A DNA stretch of 64,000 bases. It comes from Eledone cirrhosa. Its lineage: Eukaryota. This document shows positions 23,288 through 37,010 of this stretch, one piece after another. The notes under the pieces were generated by a model. That model saw only the letters and a program-made list of their open reading frames with translations, ran no database searches and had not been told where the DNA came from. Numbering within the stretch: the stretch's first letter is position 1; each line of letters begins with the position of its first letter. A program made the translations under genes and the position numbers. The DNA lies in NCBI GenBank assembly GCA_964016885.1, contig OZ024755.1, positions 33,480,001-33,544,000 on the forward strand. The letters are read 5' to 3'.

Positions 23288-23503
23288 TTAACCCTTTAGC
23301 ATTTAAACCGGCAGTATCCGGCCAGAATTCTCTCACTTCTTTCTGTTCAAACCAGCTTTAACCAGCCGCGTATACTGATGTTAAGGTATTATTCTCAAAA
23401 TAAATAATACCAAAATCTTATAGATTCGATATTATGTGAGATAAAGCCTTTACCATGAAAATATAATAGTATATATAGAGTAATGTAAATGGTAATGGGT
23501 TAA
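23288..23503 (-). mobile_element. TTAA MITE, unexpanded copy
   Basis: TTAA-ccctttagcattta ... taaatggtaatggg-TTAA. Confidence 0.8.
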
Positions 23504-23529
23504 ATGTATTCGTGAATGAATAATAATAA

Positions 23530-23658
23530 TAACTGTTTCTTCTTTTGGCACAAGGCCAGCAATTACCCCAGTGTATTACTGGTACTTTATTTTATCGACC
23601 CCATAAGGATAAAAGTCAAAGTTTATCTCTACCGGTACAGCCAATCCACTGCCCTTGA

Positions 23659-23697
<39 letters not shown>

Positions 23698-23897
23698 GGG
23701 TGGTGGATTGGCAGTATCGGTAGAGGGTCGGACGGTATGCCTTACAGCAAAGAGTTACGGCCCTTTATGGTCTGAGTTCAAATCCCGCCGAGTTTTACTT
23801 TGCCTTTCATCCTTACGGGGGGGGGGGAGTCGACAAAATAAAGTACCAGTAATGCACTGAGGTAATTGCTGGCCTTGTGCCAAAAGTAGAAACAATT
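23530..23897. mobile_element. head-to-head Deu/Nin SINE pair around (AAT)n(ATT)n
   Basis: Deleted minus copy ~23530-23655 and plus copy 23698-23897. Confidence 0.8.
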
Positions 23898-23959
23898 ATT
23901 ATATCACTAATATTTGGTTTGTTTGCAAGCAAACATCCTCATTAACAACACCATGTGTG

Positions 23960-24110
23960 TTTTCTAGATGACCATATCCTCCTTTTGTTCCAGCAGTAGC
24001 TGAGAGAAAACAGTTGACAATTGCGAGATGGAATGGCTCTTCCAGTGCATCTCCCTTACCATCCTCCAGCGAAAAAGCCTTCTCCATTCTGTTCGCCAAT
24101 GCCGTGGGGC
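23960..24110 (+). mobile_element. possible CRE-like (RLE) non-LTR C-terminal remnant
   Basis: EMEWLFQCISLTILQR plus frameshifted AFSIL resembles the ..WLFQRISLAIQRGNA.SIL motif. Confidence 0.45.
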
Positions 24111-25829
24111 AGCCAGCACATGGGACTCCATTTGCTCACTATACAGAGAGATGGGGAGGGCGAGAGAGATGGGGGTGATGACGATGGGAGCTCGGCCCTT
24201 CCATGTTTGGATATATTGCACCTGTCAAGAGTGTATTTACAGTCGACAATTGTTTTGGAGTTGTTGCTCCTTATCAAGTCTGTGTATCCTTTGCTGAGAA
24301 CTGAACTCATAAACAATTTGATTCAAAATGACTTTTGCAAGAAGATGAATACTTTGGTGTGGCTTATCAATGTGCATCGTTTTGCCTGAGGGTGTTGATA
24401 GCTGATAGATTGATTTCATAATAAAATCATATATAAAAGGAAAAGGATAAATATTGGTGACATAATCAGCAAGAATGTAAGAGGGAATAAGAAAATAGCA
24501 AGACGTTCTTTTGTGAGGATGTCATAAGTGTTAGATTGGTATCAAACATGTAAGGTGTTAACAGGAAATAGGTTCATTTCGAAAATGTAGGGATTCTTTA
24601 GAAAATGATCACATCATTTATTCAAAGCCTCTAACATTGCCATTCTTTCTTGTTAAACTGTCATACATTACACTTGGTAATTAATCTCTCAGGCATCATA
24701 GATTTTAACCCTGACAATTCATTTCCCTAAAATATAATACTTCTATCTATCATTCAAAAAGCCCTTTTGAATTTCTGCAAATACATTTAATAATCTACTC
24801 AACTAGACATTTTCTCATAACATTCATCTTAAAATACCACTCGCGATAGCTATATAGCTGTTGTCTTATTAATAATGTGCCACTGGATATATTGTTTCAT
24901 TTGTCACATCACTCAAAGCAGATTTATTTGTACCTTACTATTTATTCAACCTATTAACATTATCAACATTCAAAAGAAATAAGTCTTAAACTCACCATTA
25001 CTTCACATTGTTATTTTCCACAAAATTTTCTAGCCTTCTGGGTACATTTCATGTTACTGCAAAATAAAATAAATGTAGCAATTCACTTTTTAATTCCAGT
25101 GTCTACCAAATGGTGAATCTTTGATAAATTACCCTAGCATTAGCTATACAAAATCTATGTTTATTATTCTAGCTCTGATCTCTAAATCCTTTGTTAATAG
25201 TTTTCCTATTGACCTTCTAGTCTTTTCCAATAACTCTTGGATTAATATTTTACTCTTTAGCTAATTCCACTTATATTGGCATTCAGATCTAAATTTTTGT
25301 ATTGCTAATTTGTGATTCTGATGAATAAATTTCCAATTGATATCCTAATTACACTTCAGTTACTTTGGTAGAAAGTTAATTTCATTTTCATACGTGTCTT
25401 ATGTCAAAATATTTTTATGGACATTACATTTGAATCAACACTATTGCTATTAATTAACTATTATGCCTTATACAATTAATAATCCTTTGCTGATTAGTTT
25501 TTCATTGACATTTACTGAACTTTCTTACTAATTAACTATTTACTAACACTGATACAGTCTAATTATTTATTTATGTCCAATACTCAAGAACTGACAGTTG
25601 TTATTTCAGTAATTATCTGTTCATACTAACTTCAAAAATGTGTAATTAAATATTTCATTAAAAAAGAAAAGTAATCAAGTTAAATAATTAACAGTTAATA
25701 TCCAGATCCTAATCTTTTAATTTTTTAAATTAATATTCTTTTGTAAAAATATTTCAATTACTTTGTTAATATTCTGGGCATACGGTTAGCTTTCTATTAG
25801 CATGTGGTTAGAATGTCTCAGGAAATAAT

Positions 25830-26050
25830 CACTGGATGGATTTTACAGGCAAAACCAACCAGTTGGAGACCCAGGGGTAGACCCTGAGCAGGATGGTTGG
25901 ATAATATCCATAAACTTGGCTGCTCTCGCTTGGGGATCCAGCCAGATCAGTTGGAGATGGTTGCTTCTGACAGGACCCACTGGAAGGAGTGTTTGAGGAC
26001 TTTACCCCCACGACCCTCTCATGAATAAGTGGGCGAAGAAGAAGAAGAGA
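25830..26050 (+). mobile_element. RTE-clade (Expander/Rex3-like) LINE 3' end with (GAA)n tail
   Basis: ILQAKPTSWRPRGRP*AGWLDNI...RLGIQPDQLEMVASDRTHWKECLRTLPPRP. Confidence 0.75.
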
Positions 26051-27224
26051 AGAAGAAGAGAAGATGAAAAAGAAAACATAGACAAACATCTTCAATAAAA
26101 GATTCTCATTATTTACACTTAATTTCTCTAGGTTGAATATATCCCATGTACATATAAACCCATAAGTATATAATAACAAACACACTCATACATACAGATA
26201 CACATTTTTGTTGATAAATTTGTGTAAACATTCTTTGTTAAGAATGTTTGTTATGAAGTGTTATGGGAAACTGAAGACCCATAGCTATAAACATAGTTCA
26301 AATGTTCCCATAGAAAAGCTGGTAATCACATGAAAATTATCCCTCCATTAACATCCTGAAATATTCAATAGGGACTTATATTATTTGCACTTTATCAATC
26401 AAAATATGAAAAGTATTGAACAATATAAATAAAACTAAAATATATGCACACAAATTCCTTAGATTCTACACAAAGATTTTACTTTTAATTACATAGTAAA
26501 ATGCAGCTAACAACCTCAAATCGCCTCTAGTACAAAACCACACATTTAGAGAGTTCCTAATCTGATATAAGAACCCTTTATAAATGCTATCTTAATAGTT
26601 AAATAATTAATCATTTTAGTAAATCCTTCCAAATTCTTCAATTAATTAAAATTTAGTGTATTTCATTAGAAATATGGTCAGAAAATGGTTAATCTTATTC
26701 TTAAAGAACTGTACACCTGCAAAAGCAGTATTTAATTAATCTTAGCTATATCCTGTACTACTACTACTACTACTAGTAGTAGTAGTAGTAGTTTAATTAT
26801 TGTATGTTCTTGTATAGAAGATGAGAAATATGAAACAAACGAAAAAAAAAAATCAATGGTAAAACGAGAGTCAATTTATATTCGATATCAATATTTTGCA
26901 AATTTCACCAATTTAAATTCTCCATAAATGAGGTGCTAAAATATTTTGTTATAGAGGTGAAATTTGCTTTTCCTATTGGTTTTGGATATGGCCTTCAAAA
27001 CAGTCGGAAATTGGTAAAAATTATTATATAATAGAGATTTGAAAGAAAAAAAATATACTCTAAATAAAAATTTAAAACATTTTAAATATCAAAATATTAA
27101 AACTTGATAAATATGTTCTCCACTAATGAGAATATTAAAACTGCACCATCAAAACATTGTGTTGATTATAAGCCTCAGCCATATACATGAGGTTTGGATT
27201 TTTACCTATTTCTCAGACATAAAA

Positions 27225-27510
27225 TAGTCTGTCTTAAGCCAGAAGGCTCATTAAGCCTTATCCCGGTGCTTATCACAGTTTCAAGGCATGAAGTGACTGA
27301 GAGTACAAGACTCCTCTCTGGACAAGACGCCAGTCCATCACAGGGTTAAACTCCCAGCTATTGCTGGTACTCATTTTCAGTTGAGCATACTGGAGCAACG
27401 TGAAGTGAAATGTTTTGCTCAAGAACAACACGCAACCCAGTCCAGGAATTGAACCCATGACATTATAATTGTAAGTCCAACACCCTTACCACTAGGCCAC
27501 GTGCCTCCAC
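27225..27510 (-). mobile_element. tRNA-headed SINE with Meta-like and V-like segments
   Basis: Minus strand: ggcctagtggtaag...gggttcaattcc...cctgtgatggactggcgtcttgtccag; tail ggcttaagacagact. Confidence 0.75.
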
Positions 27511-27685
27511 TATACATAAAATAGGGCATTGGCTTATATTCAGATCAGCTTATATTACAATAGCATTGCCCACAACAGCACAACCCGTCTAACCGTTGCT
27601 AGTGTGGAAAATAGATGTAAAACGGGGGTGATAATAATATATGTATATACACACAAATATATATAAATATATATATATATATATA

Positions 27686-28529
27686 CAGGGTGTGGACGAT
27701 ATTTGTTCGCAATTTTCAACTGCTAATTCTATGCAAATTTTTTTGACTTCCGTTGTCACTCTTGTCTTCATAAAAACAGTGACTATATTTCCATTATTTA
27801 TTTTCAGAATAGTTGATTATGGATAATTTTCAACCTCCAAATTTGTGGAAGAGACATGGAGTTCTTCTTGGAATCCGCACCGGGAGGACAAATAAGACCA
27901 GAAGATCAACTCCCAGAACAACAGGTGGCTCGCTGTCTCACCCAAAGAGTGCCAGTGTCATGCAGACAAAGTTTCCAGCGACAACATTGGTCTTAGGTGT
28001 CGTCAGCAGTCAAGGTGACGTCATGCTACCTCACTTCTTCCCTGAGGGCCTCAAGCTGAACACCAATGGCTACATCCACGTTCTGAGCGAGGTAGTAAAG
28101 CCCTGGATCGACCAGGTAGCTGTAGGTAGGCCGTACGTGTGGCAGCAAGACTCAGCGCCCTGCCATACCAGCTGAAAGACCCATCTGGCCTCCCAGCTCG
28201 CCTGACTGCAACCTCCTCAACTTCTTTGTGTGGGGCGCAGTGGAACGAGACACCAACAGATCTAGCTGCAATACCAAAGACGATCTGAAGGTCAGGATCA
28301 CAAGTGCCTTTAGGGGCCTAACTTGGAGGACAGTGACGAAGGCCTGCAGCCGGTTCCGAGGCCGCCTTGAGGCCATAATCAAAGCCAATGGCGGGTTTAT
28401 CGAGTGAGATCGAAAGAACAAGTCATGAAGACAAACTGACCCAAGTTTGATAAATAAATCTTAAAAAATAAAACTACTGTGTTAATTTTTCCTAGACAGT
28501 AATCTTGCGAACAGATATCGTCCGCACCC

Positions 28530-28531
<2 letters not shown>
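27686..28531 (+). mobile_element. internally deleted Tc1/mariner transposon (maT/DD37D-like)
   Basis: 27-bp TIRs cagggtgYggacgatatYtgttcgcaa; transposase remnants TKFPA..VLGVVSS.G, YVWQQDSAPCH, WPPSSPDCN, KACSRFRGRLEAII.ANGGFIE; sits in a TA/TG repeat. Confidence 0.9.
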
Positions 28532-28574
<43 letters not shown>

Positions 28575-29047
28575 GTTATGTTGGTACTAAAAAACATTCA
28601 GCCCACACTGTAAAGTGGTCATGGAGGTGTCATGACAAAAAGCCCCCAGCACACACTGTCAATGTGGTTGCGGCTAGGAAGGGCATCCAGCTGTAGAAAA
28701 CCAGCCAGAAACAGTCGTATATGAGTGAGACACGGTCACCTGACCAAACTTGCCTCTAAATGGGAAAACCAGTCTAACCTCTGCTAGCATGGACAAATGG
28801 ACGTTAAACAATGATGATGAAGATGATGATACAATAATTAAAATGATGCCATTATTATTGTTTTCAAACACTTATATACCTATAAAATGTGCACAATCTC
28901 TTTTTTCTTTTTATTCCACTGTAACTGAAATATTCTGTTAACTATCCAGTCATAACATACTTTGTATAATAATTGAAAATCGTGAATAATATATATTTTA
29001 ATAATCTGTACCAAATAACACTGTATTAGCCCCTTATTATTTACATT

Positions 29048-29415
29048 GTGAATTGGCAGTATCGGTAGAGGGTTGGATGCCATGCTTTCTAGCATAGTTA
29101 CGTCCCTTTACGGTCTGAGTTCAAATCCCGCCGAGGTTAACTTTGCCTTTCATCTTTACGGGGTCGATAAAATAAAGTACCAGTAATGCACTGGGATAAT
29201 TGCTGGCCTTGTGCCAAAAGTAGAAACAATTATAGGGCAGTGGGTTGGCAGTATCGGTAGAGAGTCGGACGCCATGCTTTGACGCATAGAGTTACGGCCC
29301 TTGCCATTCTGAGTTCAAATCCTGCCGAGGTAAACTTTGCCTTTCATTCTTACGGGGTCGATAAAATAAAGTACCAGTAATACACTGGATAATTTGCTGG
29401 CCTTGTGCCAAAAGT
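29048..29415 (+). mobile_element. two tandem Deu/Nin SINEs
   Basis: Family consensus twice, head to tail. Confidence 0.85.
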
Positions 29416-29416
29416 A

Positions 29417-29835
29417 TTAACCCTTTATTATTTACATTATATATACTATTGTATTTTCATGGTAAAGGCGTTATCTCACATAATATCAAAGTTATGACAG
29501 TTTGATGTTATTTATTTTGAGAGAGGGCGGTGGATTGACAGTATTGGTAGAGGGTTGGACACCATGCTTTCCAGCAAAGAGTTACGTCCCTTTACGGACT
29601 GAGTTCAAATCCCACCGAGGTTAACTTTGCCTTTCATCCTTATGGGGTCGATAAAATGAAGTACCAGTAATGTACTTTGGATAATTGCTGGCCTTGTGCC
29701 AAAAGTAGAAACAATTATTTCTTTTGAGAACAATATCTTAATATCAGTATGAGTGGCTAGTTACAGCTGGTGTGAACAGAAAAAGATGAGAGATAGTTGT
29801 GGCCAGATAAGGCCAGTTTAAATGCTAAAGGTTAA
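29417..29835 (+). mobile_element. TTAA MITE interrupted by a SINE (29525-29718)
   Basis: TIRs with TTAA; ttatttNttttgaga duplicated around the SINE. Confidence 0.78.
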
Positions 29836-29859
29836 GCCTGTCCTTATATTTCTTTTAAT

Positions 29860-30390
29860 TAATTGTTTCTACTTTTGGCACAAGGCCAGCAATTACCCAG
29901 TATATTGGAGGCACATGGCTTAGTGGTTAGAGCATTCGCCTTGCAATCGAAAGGTTGTGAGTTCAAATCTCAGACCAGGTGATGTGTTGTTTCCTTGAGC
30001 AAGACACTTTATTTCACATTGCTCCAGTTTACTCAGCTGTAGAAATGAGATGATAGGGACTGGGGTCCATATCATTCCACTGCAAAGTGGTCGTGGAGGT
30101 GCCACGGCAAAAAAGCACCCAGCACTCACTCTAAATGAGGTTGGTGTTAGGAAGCGCATCCAGCTGTAGAAATCAAGCCAAAATCAGTTTCCGTCCCACC
30201 CTTGCAAGCAGGGAAAAGCAGACGTAAAATGAAATGATGATGATGATGATTACTGGTACTTTATTTTATCGACCACGTAAGGATGAAAGGCAAAGTTAAC
30301 CTCGACGAGATTTGAACTCAAACCGTAAAGGGACGTAACTATGCTAGAAAGCATGGCGTCCAACCCTCTACTGATACTGCCAATTCACTG
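29860..30390. mobile_element. Meta/RTE-tail SINE (29906-30250, +) nested in a Deu/Nin SINE (-)
   Basis: Host SINE is split at cccagtatatt / ttactggtac. Confidence 0.8.
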
Positions 30391-31339
30391 ATACCTGCTG
30401 TGATTTTCAAAACATTTTAAAGAATAATCAGGAATTTACAAAGATCTAGCAATATAGCTAACTCTATAATTATTGATCTCGTGTTTGGAATATAAAAATT
30501 TCTTTACATAAAACTATAATGAAGTGTTTTAGATAAGTTTAAACATTTTAAGATAAACCTTCTTGTAATGTGAACCACAGATGGTTTCAGGCAATTTCAT
30601 ATCAAAAGAGATATTATCTGAACTTTCCTAATATATAATATACATTTCTCTATTGACTTTTCCTCATTCCCATTGTTTAAAACTAGAATTGGTCACTTTG
30701 TAATTTTAATTAATTCAACTGTCTTGCTTTACTACATCATGTCAACTCACAGATCACAGCTTCAACCCAATAAATATATGTGTATCACTCTATTATATGT
30801 TCCAGCCAACAGTCTGAGGCCATGCTGTGCTCCACTATACATATACATACACATATATATATATATCATCATCATTGTTTAACATCCACCTTCCACGCTA
30901 GCATGTAGTTAGACGGCTTTGTTCCATTTGATGCAGGAATGGTCGGGAGACCGTGTCTTGCTCGTACGGAAGTGTCTCAGGCAGGTATTTTTACAGCTGG
31001 ATGCACTTCCTAACACCAACCACATTTACATAGTGCGATCCGATTGTGGATCGAATGTGACTCTGGGTTCACAGGTTCCTCACATACGTCTAGTGATTTC
31101 GAAGCAAATTCTCATTCTGCTGGACTCCGACCCTTCGAATTTTTATCATCTGCCATCATCCTGTTTGCGCGGCACTTGGATTGGTTGATAGTTCGTGATG
31201 TCATCACATGGCTTGACCATTGAAATCTCCATTCAGGCGTGAGCTGTCTCTCACTCCAATCCCGTCGCCAAAATTACTGCTGAGTGTGGGAGAGTTTTTA
31301 TGAATTCCCATGCCAATCCCTTGCTTGCCTGCCTCCCCA

Positions 31340-31860
31340 TACATATACACCCACACACACACACACATGCTCACACCTATATACAGGCATTCTGAGACAT
31401 TAATCGTACACTTATCGGTGTGGACCTACACACACACACACACACACAGTCTGCGTGTTTGCGTTCAGATATGTACATACATATATATATATATATATTC
31501 ACCTCTCGTATATAGGTACATTCACACGCAGACACATGCCCACACGTACACATAAGGGACCCACGTATATACATATATCTATTCATATACAGTCACACAT
31601 ACACATGTATTTTTACACACGTGTACATACATACACACACGCGCTTACATATGCATTCATTCAAGCCTACTCTTACACACACACACACATATGTGTGTAT
31701 ATGTACATATATATATATATGTGTGTGTGTGCATGCACACGCACACACACACACACGCACACATATACGTGTACTTACACACACACACACCCACAGCCAT
31801 AAATGCACTCACACTCAGACAGACATACACACACACACACACACACGTATGCACATATAT
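31340..31860. repeat. CA/TA compound microsatellite tract
   Basis: Seen directly. Confidence 0.9.
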
Positions 31861-32059
31861 GAAAATAAACTGTATAATAATATTTGGAAAGTGCATATAA
31901 GCATGCACATGATGCTGAACACCATTTAGTGCACAACAAAATATTACGCGGGGAAATACGTGAAAAGTACAAAAAAAGTACATATGGGGGATACGTCAAT
32001 TAATGCATGCAGCATCTCACATACGGTATATACGTATATGCAGACACACTTTGATGCAC

Positions 32060-32630
32060 AGGTTGGTGTGGGCGATCAAAATTGATGGTACCTGCGGAGT
32101 AGGCAGACCCAGAAAAACCTGGGACGACTTGATAGATTCCGACCTCACACACTTACTTACACCTCCCCAAGACAATGTCACTAGACCGAGATCTTTGGCG
32201 CTACGCAGTAATACAGAAGACCCGCCTTGCCTAAGTACAAAGCGAAACCTACAGTCAGTAGGCACCTCTTAACCAAAATACCCCCCCCCCCCGTCCCACT
32301 ACTCCTACCCCCCCCCCCCATCTACAGCACTCCTTTCTCTGTAAAGTTATGTTGGTACCACAACATCCAGTTCTAGATAAATGAGGTTGTGTAGGTGTCA
32401 TGACAAAAAAACACTCAGTCCACGCTGTAATGTGGCCGTGTAGGTAACACGGTAAAAACCTCCCAGTCCACACTGTAAATGTGGTTGGTGTTAGGAAGGG
32501 CATCCAGCCGTAGAAAACCCGCCAGACAGTCCTGAGCAAGACAACCAATCTTGCCTCAAGTGGGACAATTCCCATCCAGACCCATGCTAGCGTGGAAGAT
32601 GACGTTAAACAATGATGATGATGATGATGT
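32060..32630 (+). mobile_element. RTE LINE 3' end with long UTR and (GAT)n tail
   Basis: AIKIDGTCGVGRPRKTWDDLIDSDLTHL; highly similar to 44570-45130. Confidence 0.85.
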
Positions 32631-32949
32631 TGGCTGAGTTGGCATTATGGTGCTAACATGAACTAATCTACATATAGAAACCTTAAACAAAATTACATAT
32701 GGGAAGCTCATAGGAATAATGTAAAGGGTTTACTCAAAACATATATAAAATATATTTAGAGAATATATAAAAAAAAATATATAAAAATATGTAAGAAATA
32801 TATGAAAAATACACATGGGGTTGTACATGAAGAAATACTTAAAGTGTTACATAATGGATTACGTAGAGAAAGTACACACGCTACTTAAAAAATACTTATG
32901 TAGGGAGTGCAGAATAACATTTTATAATGGAGTATGTTACTGTGGCTGA

Positions 32950-33575
32950 AATAGGGTGCCTTAGTGATGTATGATACGGGATTGATTATACCCATGGACA
33001 TTGAGCCACCGTGTCCTGGCTACTGCGACGGCAGTGTTTAAGATGAGGTGCAGAGTCAAATGGGCAGCATTGATTGTGTTGACCTACGCCACAGGGCATA
33101 CATAGTCATCAAGGTATGGTGTCGGTTCCCATGGATTCGCTACGCCACCCCGACTGACGTCCGCTTCCCCTTATGGCTTTAGTTGGGGCCATCTGGAGGT
33201 ACCCATGTCGAGAGTGTGCACCTTTGCTGGTGTCTGCATGTCATGATGATCTCCGAATTCAGGTTGACTGCATCATCCTTTAATCTCACTATCTCCATGG
33301 CTTCAGCCAGGCATAGCCTGCACTTCCTCTCGCCAGCCGAATATGCACTGGCACGTTGAATGATACTCCAGTTGAGATCATACGTGGTGCCGGTGTCCTT
33401 CAAGTCCCATATTAGGTCCACCATCCTAGTGGAGTGTCTCTTGCTCCGGTCCTTGAAAGCGTTCATGTGATTCTACATCCTCGATTTAAAGGTCGTGGAT
33501 GCTGCGTCGATATAAGTAAGCTTGGTGTTGTGCGTGTTAACCACACATTTATAGACGACGCCCTTCATTAAGCAT
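32950..33575 (-). mobile_element. Penelope-like (Naiad-type) GIY-YIG endonuclease fragment
   Basis: CLMKGVVYKCVV...YIDAASTTFKSRM*NHMNAF...IWDLK...WSII...CRLCLAE...NSEIIMTCRH; the 5' truncation abuts (TA)n; 3' limit uncertain. Confidence 0.85.
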
Positions 33576-34476
33576 CTATATATATATCATTATCATCATC
33601 ATCATCGATTAATGTCACACTTCCACGCTAGACGGGTTTGTCCCATTTAGAGGCAAGTTGGGTCCGGTGATCATGTCTCACTCATATAGGAGAGTTTCCG
33701 GCTAGTTTTCTATGGCTGGATACCCTTCCTAACGCCAACCACATTTACAGTGTGTGCTGGGTGTTTATTGCCGTGTCTTTTACACATCCACTTTACTATG
33801 TGGGCTGGATGTTTTGTGGTACCAGTATTATATACATATATACATACATGCTCATATCATGATAATGATATATATATAATCCAAAATCCAATGAGACTTA
33901 GTATTATTATTATTTATCTATACATCACTACAGGCGTTTCAATGTGGCTGGTGTATCTCATCAATAGTGGAGAAAAAAACAGATATTATCAGTAAAATTA
34001 CTCAGTTATAGGTGTTCTACTTTGTTCTCTCCTGAAGAACAAAGGGTAACAAAGTGCATTGAGCTTAACTCATCTTACCAATGAAAATGATGAACTATTA
34101 TACTATAACCTCATATTTCTCTCTCTCTGTGTGCAGTGGGCTGGTATTTGACCTGTTCCGAGGAGGCTAACTCCTCGCCAATGAGGTTACTCTTCGCCGA
34201 TTAGGTAATGTTTAATAGCATTACCTAATTTCTGTACACGCCAGTCCACCATGGACTGCTGCCAGCAGACAGGGTAACAGAAACTAGTGCCTAGTCCGGG
34301 GACAGCGAAGTAATCTCTCTAACCATACAAAATCGTTTCTCTCACTATTTAACATATAAGTGTGCACTCTGCTTTCCTCTTTGGTTGGTATCTTAATGAT
34401 ACTGGCTTAATTAAAACATTGTGTGACAGAACAGTTGGAGATACACCAGTTCTTCCCATGACTTCACTTCATTTCA

Positions 34477-34860
34477 TCATCATTTCATTTCATGTTTGCT
34501 TTTTCCTGCTTGCAAGGGTGGGACGGGAACTGATTCTGGCTTGATTTCTACAGCTGAATGCCCTTCCTAACACCAACCTCATTTACAGAGAGTGCTGGGT
34601 GCTTTTTTTTCCGTGGCGCCTACACGTCCACTTTACAGTGAGGACTCATTGCTTTTTTGCCGTGGCACCTCCATGACCACTTTGCAGTGGAATGATAGGG
34701 ACCCCAGTCCTATCATCTCATTTCTACAGCTGAGTAAACTGGAGCAATGTGAAATAAAGTGTCTTGCTCAAGGAAACAACACATCACCCGGTCTGAGAAT
34801 TGATCTCACAACCTTTCGATTGCAAGGCCAATGCTCTAACCATTAAGCCATGTGCCTCCA
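34477..34860 (-). mobile_element. Meta/RTE-tail SINE, full length
   Basis: Same family as 8898-9279. Confidence 0.85.
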
Positions 34861-34869
34861 TTTCAGTAT

Positions 34870-34906
<37 letters not shown>

Positions 34907-34909
<3 letters not shown>

Positions 34910-35097
34910 CGGTGGATTGGCAGTATCGGTAGAGGGTCAGACGCCATGCTTTGACGCATAGAGTTGCGGCCCTTGCCATTCTGAGTTCAAATCCCGCGGA
35001 GGTTAACTTTGCCTTTCATCCTTATGGGGTCGATAAAATAAAGTACCAGTAATGCACTGGGTAATTTCTGACCTTGTGCCAAAAGTAGAAACAATTA
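34907..35097 (+). mobile_element. Deu/Nin SINE inserted in (TA)n
   Basis: Family consensus. Confidence 0.88.
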
Positions 35098-36679
35098 TAT
35101 ATACATATATATATATTCGGTATACTAGGATACAATTCAATTCAAGCAGTCAACGTCATATTACTTCTTAAAAATAAGGATGATGGAGTATATTTATAAA
35201 GAGGAAAATGTGAATTTGTAGATGTTAGAACGTTTTATTAATTGAGCAGTTATACATATTGCCATGACAATTTCTTCAGACAGCAACAATTGAGTAAAAG
35301 GTAACATTTCCAAGGCAATTTTGGGTGGAAGGGAGTGGATTAAAATGTATGTGTTTGTTTCAATAAATATAATATGTGTAAAAAGTAAACAATTATTGGC
35401 CTGGTTTTCCTAAATAGCTGTCGTTCATATATTTTTGTCATGGATACCTTATTTTAATAGGGATTGATTGCATAATGTATAATTTGTTAGTGTAGTGTCA
35501 TGTTTTATGCAGTTTCTACTAAATTTGTTATCCATCCTGTTAGCAATGTTTAATTTCACTTTCAGTGTATGTACACAAGATCAAACCAAATTTTTCTATT
35601 GAAAATCCTTTTCCCAATCATTCAACTGTAACATTTTACTGAAACACTGTTTCTCTGATCTCAGCCACTAGAGATATTCCTGGATTTCTAGCCCTATTCC
35701 TGCTCATCCTTCAAGTCAAATAATCTATTTCCTCATATTGTTTTCTTTTGAATCCTTCTTGCTAAATCTCTTATATAGTTTCAATACTTCTTTCTTCACT
35801 TCTGTCTTAGTACCTCTTTTATGAGGACAGAGAATTTGAAAATTCTTTTCATCATGTTTCTCAGGTTTTATGGATGGGTCCCTGACTTTTACTATTTCAT
35901 TTTGGTAGTTTACATCTGCACAGAGGACATTATACTCTGAGAATTTCATTGCATTTTATTATATTTCCCATCATACTGTATGTAATCTGCTACCAGACTT
36001 GATAACATTTGGTTTCTTGGCCTCTGAGTTGAAGACAGCAAAAATCAATAACAGAAAATCCACATTAATAATAAAGGCGAAGCATTTGTGCACTGATTCC
36101 TGACAAATTCCGTAGTTGCAACCATAAAAATCAAATCTTCCATGCAAGCAATTTGTGATTCTGCAAGTATCTATGTGAAACTGCACCCTTTTCAGGAAAC
36201 TTCAAGAGAATAATCTATAAACTGCCAGTATCAAAGATCAATAAGATTTCCTCTTATTGGACTTAGGAGTGTAATTTAATGTCTGTTTAAAGAAGTGATT
36301 TTATTGTGACAAATCTATGATAATATCTCATGTCATAAGAAAAGGTTTTCAAGAATTTATTGATAAGTCTAACATGCTCCTCAGATGAACACTACCATTT
36401 GGTCTGTGGTGGATGGCCTTAACAGCATGTAGACCAGACAATCAGTTCCCTTTCAACCAATATTTTCTCTAAATGCATTCATTAATCAGATGAGGCACTA
36501 GCTGCAATAATCTCACCTGTTTGGGAGAACTTAAAACAGTTATAGGTATTAACCCTCCTGACAAACTTATGAAAAATAATTAATTAATTTTAATTTAACT
36601 TACCACATAAGTGGTTCTAATAAACATTTTTAATTTCATAAGCATTCAGTATGTTAACAGTAATTTGCCTGTCTTACAG

Positions 36680-37010
36680 ATGTCTTTTCTTCTTGCTCAA
36701 TGAGGCCAAGGTCATCCTAAGCCAGTGATTTCAAAGCATTGTCATGCGTAGACACGACCAGATCCACCAGCACCCTCTATTGTTCGCAGTCCCCTGCCAG
36801 CTCCTCTGCATCCTCCAAGATGATGTTCAGCCTTTGGAGATCTTCCTTGATGATATCCAGCCAGCTAGAGTGGTGCGTCTTCCATCCTGCTACATTGAAG
36901 AAGAGTAAGGCCCTGGTAGGATGAACCAGAGGTGTGCGTGTTTGATACAGTCGATGACACATCCCTCTGGTTATAGATGTAGCCAACAAAAATAAATTAG
37001 CAGTCCATAA
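36680..37010 (-). mobile_element. old RTE-like LINE 3' end
   Basis: AGWK...WLDIIKEDLQRLNIILEDAEELAGD is typical of RTE-like ORF C-termini. Confidence 0.65.

Noticed and set aside
35650-36290. Host gene from ORFs 35725-35949 and 35971-36186
   Set aside because: Multiple stops and no recognisable protein; faint RT-like words (ESQ..C..DLIF, DF..FNS) suggest an ancient LINE, too weak to call.
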